Origin: a virus
Lineage: Duplodnaviria; Caudoviricetes
DNA length: 50,785 nt
IMG/VR virus record: IMGVR_UViG_3300008005_000900
Coordinates: 1 to 50,785 of that record
Direction: 5' to 3' (one strand)
The position numbers were made by a program, and so were the translations under genes. Below the pieces are notes generated by a model, which worked only from the letters and a program-made list of their open reading frames with translations, had not been told where the DNA came from and did no database searches. The first letter of the stretch is position 1; each line of letters starts with the position of its first letter. Shown one piece after another: positions 1-9,700 of this stretch.

Positions 1-216
1 ATGCCCATAAGTAGAGCGGCGCTGTATAAAAAGGCATTCCAAGACCAAAGCAAAAGTAGTGAAGTTGATGCTTTCTTGAAAGAAATTAAGTCGGTATGCA
101 TTAAGCATGGATTTTCAATATCACATGAAGATGTTGCTAATGATTTTGAAATAATTGAATATGACGAATCGAAAATGAACAGCTTACTTTCTGCTGTAAA
201 TTGCGTTGGTCGATAG
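1..216 (+). CDS. hypothetical phage protein (71 aa)
   Basis: ORF from ATG at base 1; followed after 7 nt by the next ORF, which has an AGGTG RBS. Confidence 0.6.
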   Translation: MPISRAALYKKAFQDQSKSSEVDAFLKEIKSVCIKHGFSISHEDVANDFEIIEYDESKMNSLLSAVNCVGR

Positions 217-223
217 GTGACTT

Positions 224-634
224 ATGACAACTGAACTACATAGAAAACTAACCGATGAAGAACGTCAATACTTAGGTGATATCACTGAGATATATTGTGA
301 TTGTGATTCTGTAGGGTGCGGATTGTGCAACTTTTATATGCCACAAGATGAAGCTATTGAGAATTGGATAAAATCAAGAGTTGAAAGCCAGAAGCAAGCA
401 GAAAAAAGGCGAATTTATCTTGATGGATTAAGGCAGCGTCAAGCAGATGGTGGTGTGCTTACTGATAAAGAGGTTGACGAATTAAGGACGGCCGACCTTT
501 ATCAAAAATTGTTCGATAGCATGATTAAATCAGGCCTTGCGGATTGCAAACTATTCACTGACAGCAACATGCTAAAAATAGGTGATACTATAAGGGTTAG
601 GCGCACTACTATGCATGGTGATAAATGGTCATGA
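224..634 (+). CDS. hypothetical phage protein with Cys cluster (CDCDSVGCGLC)
   Basis: 136-aa ORF, RBS AGGTG upstream, stop overlaps next ATG (ATGA). Confidence 0.65.
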   Translation: MTTELHRKLTDEERQYLGDITEIYCDCDSVGCGLCNFYMPQDEAIENWIKSRVESQKQAEKRRIYLDGLRQRQADGGVLTDKEVDELRTADLYQKLFDSMIKSGLADCKLFTDSNMLKIGDTIRVRRTTMHGDKWS

Positions 635-795
635 AAAAGCCAAAAAAAGGCGATATTGTCTCTTGCGCTTCGGTGACTAAGTTCGAAATTCTTGACGTTG
701 TGAGGATAAACGGATTTAATTTTTACAAACTCAAAAATCTATATACTGGCAAGGTTGTCTATCCAGTTGATGAACTTAATGTGGATATAAGGTAG
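631..795 (+). CDS. small hypothetical protein (54 aa, MKKPKKGDIVSC...NVDIR)
   Basis: read by hand; ATGA overlap with upstream ORF and fills the gap to 799. Confidence 0.55.
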   Translation: MKKPKKGDIVSCASVTKFEILDVVRINGFNFYKLKNLYTGKVVYPVDELNVDIR

Positions 796-798
796 CCA

Positions 799-1017
799 AT
801 GCACATAATCTTAATGCTTGTCCTGGTTGGTATTGGTTGCGGCCTTTTTAGTGCCGCGCCTTTAATCGGTTTTATATTCCTAGCTTTAGGGCTTGGGTGT
901 TTCGTTTTGGGGAGTGATAAAAAGCGCCAAGATGCCGAGGCGCTTTTTTTTATGTTTGGCTTGATAGCAATGGTGCTTGCTTTGGTGGTGAATGCTTGGA
1001 AGTGGCTAACTAGTTAA
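799..1017 (+). CDS. small membrane protein (72 aa, 2-3 TM)
   Basis: almost entirely hydrophobic apart from a SDKKRQD loop; converges on the late operon. Confidence 0.7.
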   Translation: MHIILMLVLVGIGCGLFSAAPLIGFIFLALGLGCFVLGSDKKRQDAEALFFMFGLIAMVLALVVNAWKWLTS

Positions 1018-4000
1018 CTTAAATCAAGCTTTTCCACTGTCGTTGGGCTAATCGCAAAGCAAATAGTATTACCATCGCTGGCGTTCACAATAATCAGATC
1101 GCCAACCATCAGATCCGCTCTTGGATCGCTAAAGTAATCGACTGCGAGAACATCGGCTATCGTGTCTGTTGTTCGGTATGCATAAACATCTGAAGTGCTT
1201 ATGCTCTTTGTGCTTTTCAATTCAAAATCGCTAAGTCTGAACATATCTTGTGGGGCCTCATAGTCTTGGTTTTTTACGTAAATATTAACATCGTCAAAAT
1301 CAGTAAGGTCGTTGCTGTCCGTAATAGTGATTCTAAATGTTAAAGTTTGGTCGCTTGGTGTTGTTGGTGCAGTAAATGTTGGGCTTGTCGCTGTATTACT
1401 CGAAAGCGTTACTGTATCGCCTGCCGTCTGGCTCCAAACTCTGCTAACAATAGTGGCCCCGCCATTAGCTGTTGAAGCAGAACTATTTAGAGTGACGGTT
1501 GAGCCGGCGATAACATTGCTTTGATCTAAACCCGCATCAGCTACAGGTTGTGAATTAACACTTTCATTGTCCAGTTCAATTTCAGCAATAACCGCTGGAT
1601 TAATTAATGCAATGCCCGTTGTTTTACCAACTTCCACAGATGAGTCAAAAATGTTCACATACGGCAATGTATCGGAATAATCACCAAAGCGTATTTTGTC
1701 TCCCACAGAATATGGTGTGCTGGCTGTAACGATTACATCAGCACCAGAAAACGAAACCGATAACGGTGTTTCTAATGCCCCACCCGCTCGCTTAATCAAC
1801 ACACCTTTGTGAGCAGACTGAGGTATCTCAGCATCAGTTAAAGATCTTAAAGGTAACGTATCAACGTTCATCGTTACCCTTGCAACAGTGCTGCTACCTG
1901 TAAAATCAGTAACAGCAGAGGCAGGGCTAAGCGCCTTGAAAGACGGATTGGAATAAGCATGCGCCTTATACTCACCGATTAGTGCATAACCCATTGGGTT
2001 TGTGTGAATATTGTCGCCATTGCTGAAATAGCGTAAAACATACCAAAGGGGTAGGCACAACTGGCTTTCAATACCCGCGTTAGTCAGCGAATCAAACTCC
2101 CAATGCGCCTGTGCAACCGCGAATGAATCTTCTATTTCAAACCCGTTTGCAGTACCTTGTTGCGTGTGAATAAACCGCATTGGTACATTGCCGACTATTG
2201 CTTGAATCTCCGTTTTCAAATCTGTGACTAGCTGACCTAAGACTTGGTTATAATTGGTCGAATCAGCGCGGTTCGCTGTTCCTTGAGTAAAATCAATAAC
2301 AATTTCACTAATTGAGTCACCAGAACGCAGGCTATTTTGCTTATCCTGTACACCAGCAATAAACGCTTCGTACCAACCTAACCCGCTGCCTTTTGATAGC
2401 GCTTGAACCGATTGTGACTCTCTGCCATAGGTATCACACAAGAATGCCTGATCAGCATTGTTCAGGCTCGCGCTGTGTATCATGCTATGCACATGACCCT
2501 TTTCAGATTGGTTCATAAAATAGCGTTGCGTAGCTAGCTTATAACCCCCTGCAGGCAAGTGCGCAAACAAGTGTTGATTGGCTTGATCAGTAAACCCAAC
2601 CGAAAGCGATTGGCCGTAAGAAACAAACAACGAAAATGCCACATTGTCAGGTAGCGGATACCCTGATAGTGCGGCAGAGTAGGCGGGAATACGCACACCT
2701 TGATCAGCGTCTATCCAAACACCGTTTGGAAAGTAAGCGTCGGTCGTATCCAGTGTAAAATCGGCTCGGTAGGCTGGTTCACTCGAAAATGTACCATTGT
2801 TAGCTGCCACGCTATCAATCAACGCCGTGCCAGATACCTCATAAACAGCATAATTAAACACATCCGAACCACCGCGCACCAGGCTAATATTGGCAATATA
2901 GTCACGCAATGTATTCACAATTTGATTATAAATACTGGCTGCAGTGGCCGCGCTAATATCGAAACTACCGCAATTGGTACCATTACAACTAACAGCTATA
3001 CCCGTTGCATCACCGTTAACAGTTAAAACGAAGTCATTAAAACAACCATGAGCATACGAACCTGCTAATTCAACCGTTTTTACAGAGATCCCAACGGCAA
3101 ATAAACGCAATCGCGGGTTAGATAACGTAGTGTTACTAATTTGAATTTGATCAACCGTGCCAGAGTTACCAAAGATAGGATGGAATGAATCAGTTGTTCT
3201 GGCAACGAATGTAAATTTCAGCACATCATTGGGTAGCAACTCAAACGATGGTAGGCTGACTACTGATGTAAAGCTAGTAAATGCTCTGGTGCCAATCACC
3301 GCTGGCGCTTTGATTGTGTGACTTACCTCATCAAACGACACGCCACCTAAATCATCTGTAACAGTCAAACGAAAAACCAATGATTCGTCACTAGCTGCAG
3401 CAGGGGCGGTATATGAAGCGTTAAGCGTAGTTGCCCCTGTGATAGTAACAGTTGTGCCACTTTCCTGAGTCCATACTGTGCTAACAACACTACCGTCTGA
3501 ATCACTTGCTGTTCCATTCAGTTGCACACCGCTTGCACCCGATTGGATAGATAACAAGTCACCACCTGCGCTCACACTTGGCAAAATATTATCTGTATAC
3601 CACTCGTAATCTACATCCAACTGCGCACCAGCGTTAAATGTTAATGCTGTAGAGTCTGTTCCTGTGTTGGGCACAGACGTTGCATTTGTCGGCTGGTTAA
3701 AATCCCAGTTATGCCGTGTGCCAACAATTATTGAGCCGGTTAACCCATCCTCAGCAAAGCCGGTAGATGTGTTATTTCCAACACGATCAAATTGCACTAA
3801 GTTTGTCGTAACAAAAACATACTCAGGCAAGTTGTGATTCAACTCATTAACAACATACGTGTCTTGGTTGGGCGTTGTCGCATCACCTTCTTCACCGCCT
3901 GTCACCCCTCGCTTTATTGTTACGTGATACGTTTGGCCAGCAGGGAAGTTATTTGTAAAAACTTGAAACGTTGTAGGCCCACACTTCACATCCAAATCAT

Positions 4001-6692
4001 TAACGTTACCCGTCTTAATCGCATGCGACGACGAGAATGTCAGATAGTTTTGGACGGATGCACTTAATCTATCAATGATTAAACTGAGCGTTTCACCCTC
4101 CTGCAATACCACCAACGGAGCAGTTAAATATGTTGTATTTGTCAGTAGTTTTAATGACATGATCGCATCGCTCACTGTAGTAGTAAAAATAGCCTCCTGA
4201 CTGCTTGCTACCCCATCATTAACAATGCAACCAAGTTGCACAGTTGCAGGAATGCCGACAGCCGGAGCGGTATAAGTAACGCTTTTTGTAGTGGCAGATG
4301 AAAGCGTCACATCACCGCTTAACACGCGCCATTCATAAGTATGCGAATCCGCGCTATCCGCATCATTTACTGCAGCATGAGCAGTTACCACATCACCAGG
4401 CTTGACAGCGGGTAATGAGAGTATTGTTACAACAGGAATGTTGTTGATAGGGGCTGCAATGGTAGTTTGTGTGCCCGTAGATTTATCGCCGACCCATACA
4501 TAGACAGCTTTCATGTTAGGCGCGGCATAAGACATGTTTACTTCAATGCCTTGATACACCCAATCCACAAAATCGCCCTTTACTTTGAGCGCCTTGTTTT
4601 CGTCTAACACGGTCAAAAGCTGGTCTGGCACCCCGATTGTTGCGGCTTCGGTCGTTGTTACACCGGCTTTGCTCACGTTAGAGCCTGAATACTTTTTAAC
4701 GCCTTGCGCGAGTGCATCCGCATCAGTTAATAATGATGCCGAAAATGCCCCCACTTCTGCGCCTTGGGTAAATGTGTTCAGTGATTGAATACTCGTGGGG
4801 TACATCGCCACAAATTGTGGTTTAACCCCGTTTAACCCCAAGTCGATAAACCCTGTGCCTGTACTCGCTGGCAAATCAGCAACGCCAATGCCGCAGTCTG
4901 CACCGTTCAGGTAATACAGCATCAGCATTAAATCAGCGGGGCTGGAATCCGTCGTGCGGGTATTGGTTTTTAATCTGATAGTGGTGGTATCAGGCATGGA
5001 AAACTCAAAGTCTCCATCAAAACCCGACATATTTACGCTAGGGTCAATTGTTTTAAACGGTGCGAATGACTTATCCACAGCGCTTAGATTTTCAATGATT
5101 GCGCCATAGTTTTGGCTAGCTGCCGCACCACGAGACGGCACGTTAATCAGTGTTGCGCCCGTTACCTCGGTGCCATCTGTATTGAATTTGTACGCGCCAA
5201 CAATTCGCCCGGCCAAGAACCCGTGGGCGTAGGTATCGTCAATGCCATCCGAGTTATTAAGCACCAGCATCAAGTCGGGTACACCGCCCACAACTAAATC
5301 TGTGTGTTGCCCTGCCGTTGGGTTTTCAGTAATTTTTTTGTAAACAACGGCGTCTGTATTGCCCGACGCAACCATCACTAAGCCATCGGGCGAGGCGGTA
5401 CCAGAGTCTTGGTTGACAATGCGCAAACCATCGGCGATAACCGAGTCAACTTTACCTTTTGCATAGGCAAAACCCGTTGTTCCACTTGTCACAAGATAAG
5501 CTGTATCGGCAAAGCCAAAATGCTGACTTTTGCTATCCCACGCAATATTATCCGCTGTGGTGCTACCCATGACGTCATGATAGATAGTTGAACCGTCACC
5601 AAACGAACCCATAAAAATATAATCATTCAGGCCGTTTTTGGGTGTATCGGCAATTTGCGAAGGGTCGTAAAAACCTACTCCATATGCGCCGCGTACCGCA
5701 CCCAAATCACTTACTGTACGATCTAACGTATCGCCAACAGTTCCATTAATCACCCCGCCTGTGTTATCCATGGCAAAAATTAAATCTTGTGATGTGACCA
5801 CATCGGCAAGTACTTCAATATCAACCGTATCCGGATCTGAATCTGCACCGTTGTCATCAGTGACAACCAGGGAAAATGTCAGCGTTTGAGCGCTGCCTGT
5901 CGTGGGCGCGGTAAAAGTCGGTTGTGCTTCGGTATCATCAGATAACGTAACCGTGTCACCAGCGGTTTGCGTCCATAAATATGTCAACGGGTCGGTGTCT
6001 GCGTCACTTGAGCCCGTGCCGTCGAGTGTGACCGTTGCCCCAGCGGCAATGCCTGTTTGGTCTGCCCCCGCGTTGGCCACAGGTGCAGTATTACTTGGCG
6101 CACTAGGCGTCCCCGCCCACGCTACAGTGCCGCTTATTGTGGCGTCATACTGACCACCGTTAGCATCTGGCAATACTGTGCCGGTACCACCACTCAGATC
6201 GGCTTGGTAATCAACGTAAACCGTTGAACTATCGATGTCCGTCACTTTTAGGCGTTCAAGTTGAATAGTGGCAAAGTGACCGTTAGTAGCATTAGTACCA
6301 TTTCCTCTAGCACCTACCTTTAACCACGCGCTTGCTTCCGCTGCCGCTCCCCGACCCAGCGCCCCGCTATCCAACAGGGTAGCACCTGCATAAATTTCGT
6401 AAGTGTTGGTATACAGAAAAACATCTGTAATAGCATCCGTAGGCACTTGGTTAGAAACAGTGGTAACGCCACCGATGATCCAACACAGCGTTGCAGATGG
6501 CCCCCCGATGTAAAACTGAAATGCTCTTGACGCGCCACTTGTTTGGGCACACTGCGACAACAGCGTGCCAGGATTAGCCCATCCTTGGCTGACAATTTCA
6601 ATGTGAAGCTGCTTGTTGCGAGGCGTTGGTATCACCTCAACGCCAGGTGTTGCAACTGTGTTACTGCCGTTAAAAACTAGCCTTGATGCCAT
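1014..6692 (-). CDS. giant virion fibre/spike protein: 4 PKD/Ig-like repeats, LamG-like beta domains, SGNH-type esterase
   Basis: repeats NTAPVANAGADQ...VTLDG, PVVTILS...TYEW, PSVSAGGD...WTQESG, PVADAGLDQ...WSQTAG; GQSL / QGTAN / DNIH esterase motifs; last gene of the late operon. Confidence 0.8.
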   Translation of the reverse strand: MASRLVFNGSNTVATPGVEVIPTPRNKQLHIEIVSQGWANPGTLLSQCAQTSGASRAFQFYIGGPSATLCWIIGGVTTVSNQVPTDAITDVFLYTNTYEIYAGATLLDSGALGRGAAAEASAWLKVGARGNGTNATNGHFATIQLERLKVTDIDSSTVYVDYQADLSGGTGTVLPDANGGQYDATISGTVAWAGTPSAPSNTAPVANAGADQTGIAAGATVTLDGTGSSDADTDPLTYLWTQTAGDTVTLSDDTEAQPTFTAPTTGSAQTLTFSLVVTDDNGADSDPDTVDIEVLADVVTSQDLIFAMDNTGGVINGTVGDTLDRTVSDLGAVRGAYGVGFYDPSQIADTPKNGLNDYIFMGSFGDGSTIYHDVMGSTTADNIAWDSKSQHFGFADTAYLVTSGTTGFAYAKGKVDSVIADGLRIVNQDSGTASPDGLVMVASGNTDAVVYKKITENPTAGQHTDLVVGGVPDLMLVLNNSDGIDDTYAHGFLAGRIVGAYKFNTDGTEVTGATLINVPSRGAAASQNYGAIIENLSAVDKSFAPFKTIDPSVNMSGFDGDFEFSMPDTTTIRLKTNTRTTDSSPADLMLMLYYLNGADCGIGVADLPASTGTGFIDLGLNGVKPQFVAMYPTSIQSLNTFTQGAEVGAFSASLLTDADALAQGVKKYSGSNVSKAGVTTTEAATIGVPDQLLTVLDENKALKVKGDFVDWVYQGIEVNMSYAAPNMKAVYVWVGDKSTGTQTTIAAPINNIPVVTILSLPAVKPGDVVTAHAAVNDADSADSHTYEWRVLSGDVTLSSATTKSVTYTAPAVGIPATVQLGCIVNDGVASSQEAIFTTTVSDAIMSLKLLTNTTYLTAPLVVLQEGETLSLIIDRLSASVQNYLTFSSSHAIKTGNVNDLDVKCGPTTFQVFTNNFPAGQTYHVTIKRGVTGGEEGDATTPNQDTYVVNELNHNLPEYVFVTTNLVQFDRVGNNTSTGFAEDGLTGSIIVGTRHNWDFNQPTNATSVPNTGTDSTALTFNAGAQLDVDYEWYTDNILPSVSAGGDLLSIQSGASGVQLNGTASDSDGSVVSTVWTQESGTTVTITGATTLNASYTAPAAASDESLVFRLTVTDDLGGVSFDEVSHTIKAPAVIGTRAFTSFTSVVSLPSFELLPNDVLKFTFVARTTDSFHPIFGNSGTVDQIQISNTTLSNPRLRLFAVGISVKTVELAGSYAHGCFNDFVLTVNGDATGIAVSCNGTNCGSFDISAATAASIYNQIVNTLRDYIANISLVRGGSDVFNYAVYEVSGTALIDSVAANNGTFSSEPAYRADFTLDTTDAYFPNGVWIDADQGVRIPAYSAALSGYPLPDNVAFSLFVSYGQSLSVGFTDQANQHLFAHLPAGGYKLATQRYFMNQSEKGHVHSMIHSASLNNADQAFLCDTYGRESQSVQALSKGSGLGWYEAFIAGVQDKQNSLRSGDSISEIVIDFTQGTANRADSTNYNQVLGQLVTDLKTEIQAIVGNVPMRFIHTQQGTANGFEIEDSFAVAQAHWEFDSLTNAGIESQLCLPLWYVLRYFSNGDNIHTNPMGYALIGEYKAHAYSNPSFKALSPASAVTDFTGSSTVARVTMNVDTLPLRSLTDAEIPQSAHKGVLIKRAGGALETPLSVSFSGADVIVTASTPYSVGDKIRFGDYSDTLPYVNIFDSSVEVGKTTGIALINPAVIAEIELDNESVNSQPVADAGLDQSNVIAGSTVTLNSSASTANGGATIVSRVWSQTAGDTVTLSSNTATSPTFTAPTTPSDQTLTFRITITDSNDLTDFDDVNIYVKNQDYEAPQDMFRLSDFELKSTKSISTSDVYAYRTTDTIADVLAVDYFSDPRADLMVGDLIIVNASDGNTICFAISPTTVEKLDLS

Positions 6693-6722
6693 TTTAATTC
6701 CTATTTACTTAAATTTAGGCAC

Positions 6723-6747
6723 AAAAAAAGCCGGAACTAAGTCCGGC
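6723..6747 (-). terminator. intrinsic terminator after the giant ejection protein
   Basis: GCCGGA-N6-TCCGGC stem followed by T7 on the minus strand. Confidence 0.75.
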
Positions 6748-6774
6748 CTTTCTTATGCTATGTGATTTATGATG

Positions 6775-9700
6775 TTACCAATCTGCTAAGTTCAACTGCG
6801 TATAAGCCTGCTCATACAGTTGGTTTTTGAACATGGTTAAATCTTCAAGACGCTTCTGCTTTTCTTTGCTGGTGAGCGTTTGATTATTATCAACTGCTCT
6901 CATTCGCTTACTTATCTCGCTTATTTTGCGCTGCATTCTATTAAGAGCAAGCCGGTCATTTAATTCCTCTGCTCGCCTTTCAAATAACTCTCGCGCTCGT
7001 TCTGGGTCGTTTTCTTCAATAGCTGCCTTATAACTGCCGTATGCCTCTTGTGCTTTTTTCAGTGAGTCATAAAAGCGGTCTTGGTACACAGTGTTTCTCG
7101 GCTCTCTGCCACCTTGGTATAAGGTTTTAATGATTGGCCAGTCGGCTACCGCTGTGTCTGCTTTGATGCGCCCCGTCATGGCTCTGGCCATGAAATCTGA
7201 CATGCTTAATACATAACCACCCATAGTGCCGGTGTAGCCTGTAATTAAGTGCTGAACCTGCTTAGGCGACAAGCCAACTGCATCAGAGAATTGTCCGATA
7301 ATTCTGGCTGTGTCACTGGTGTTCATGTTGTACCGATCTGCCTTCTCCCTGTTTTCGTCTGCCATTCCTTCAATTGCGCTACCGGTAAAGAATGATCGGT
7401 TCATGATTATCTCAAGAGTCGGCATAGCTAATTGAGGGATAGGGTTCAGCGACAAGGTATTAACCATCGAGTAAATAACCGAATCACCTAAATCCTTTCC
7501 GGTTTGGTTGCCAGCACTGAAGTTATATAAGCGCTCTGGTAATGTGCCAAAGATAATGCCTAATTCAAATGGTTTGGGTATGCGAATATGACCATCATTA
7601 CCTTCACCTAAGAAAAAGTGCCAATGCGCGTCTTTATCCCATTCCGGCAATTCTTTGTAGCGCTCGTCATCGCCGTTTAATGCGGCCAGTCCTGCGCTGA
7701 ATGCCGCCACTTTCATTCCTTTAAAGGCTAGGTCTTTGCTTAGCACTTTAAGTAAGCGATCATCACCATCTGCAGCCGCCGCCCGACCAAGTTTATACAT
7801 GCCTTGTAACCTGGCATTGAAGAACGGCAGCATATCAATAAATGTACCCAAGCTAGCAAAATTGCCTTTCATGGAGTAATCCATTAAGTCTTTGCTTTCA
7901 AATAGGGCTTGTTTGTTTGATTTACCTGCTTTCAATGCAGCTTCATAGGTTGCCACACGGTTAGCGTTTTCTATCTTGTCGCTGGCGTTGCGGTATTTTT
8001 CAAAGGCTTTGAGCAGCCCTTCTTTGGTCGAAACAACGGTTTTCATATAGCCGTTGATTTCTTCTTGATCGAGGCCCTTCATTTTTAGCGCACGTCGAAT
8101 TTGTTGCTGTGCAGCTTCAGGGTCAGCACCGTGAATATACCCGCCCTGAAACGCAGCACCAGAGGCGATCAAATTCCAATAGCTATCATCACCTTCCCAT
8201 GATGCTTTTAATCCCTTCCATGTGTCCGTGCCTAATTTGGCACCATCTTTGTTCACCATCCAAGCATGCGCCGCATCACGGATAAAGTTGCGAATAATAA
8301 AGTCGGGTGACAGCGTTACGCCGGTAGTTAAAAACCGTTTTGCGCTACGTGCCATTTTATTGAATAGCGCTTTACTGCCTACGTCATGAACTTGCAGCAA
8401 TCCACGCAATAAAGCTGGATCTGATACGTAGTAATAAACAGGCTTGCCGTTTTCCATTACCCGCACTTTTTGAAAGTTCTTGGCCAAATCGCCGCGGCTC
8501 ACGCCAATCTTATCAATCGCTTCATTTATCCCGGCATCATCATCGCGGGTCATGTACTCGGTACCCGCTAGATTATTGGCAATCTCACGTGCTGCATTGT
8601 TCTTCACTGCGGCATCAATCATCGATACCTGGCGTTGAATGATGTTTTTAAGCAAGTCTTTGGTTGAGCCCTTACCGCCTATCAATTCTTTGATTTGTGC
8701 ACTTTGTCCAACAATGCCGGTCTTGGTGGTGTGTGGCGCGGTAATCTGTTTGATTACATCGGTTAATTCTGGATTATCAATTGATTGCTCACGGAAAAAC
8801 GGTACGTACCATTCTTCATCAAATGCCGCCCGTTGCTCAGGCGAAAGTAATCCCGCTTCTTGTGCAAGGTTGAGCGTAGCAGAGTTGATTTTATTGTACT
8901 CTTTGCGCACTTCTTCAAACAAAGCCTCATTACCTTTTGCCTTAGATTTTAAGGTGGCAATATCTTCTTTGGTTAAGTTGTTTTCTCGACCTTGTTTACT
9001 GAGCATTTCAGCGCGACCAGCGGCCATCCAGGCTAACCAGTTATTTAAACCATCACCTTCAGGCAGCATGCCAATGACTTCAAGCAGGCCTTTGGTGTCT
9101 TTCTTAATCGAGGTAACGCCATCTTTCCATTCAAGTGCACCCTTATGAAATACAGCATGCAGCATATCACCTAAGCCAGTGGCTAAACGTGCAGAGGTAT
9201 AACCCATTTTAGTGGGGTCGGTAATGCCGGCGGACTGCTCTGCTTGCTTAATACCGTGGAGTCCATCAAACATACCTTCAGCAGCCCGGTTCCAGAACGC
9301 GCTTGATTTAAGGGCGTTAACAACTTTCTTGCCTTTTTGGGTGATGGTGTCGCTGGCTAACGCTGCGCCTTGGCCGATCTTTTCTTCGGCTGTGCGAGTG
9401 TCAGGAGTGGAGCGGTTGAATCTTAAATCCTTGTAACGCCCATTGCTTTGAGTATCTGAGTCGCCGCCTTGTGCGCTTGATAATTGTCTTGCCTCAGTGA
9501 CTCTATCTCTGATCGCGTTAACATCCTTGACTCTTGTGAGGTAGCGCGCTTCTGACTCGGTAAGCTTTTCAAAACCGTATCCGAATATTTCTCTCCACCA
9601 AGTTTCAAGATTTGTTCCACTGTATTGATCTCTAAGTTTAGATAATGTGTCACTCGACAGAGCAAGTTTGGCTGAATATTGTTTTCCTGTCAACGTAGTG

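Noticed and set aside
570-605. KIGDTIRVRR resembling a P22-type coat protein motif
   Set aside because: The match is too short and the surrounding sequence is unrelated; likely chance.
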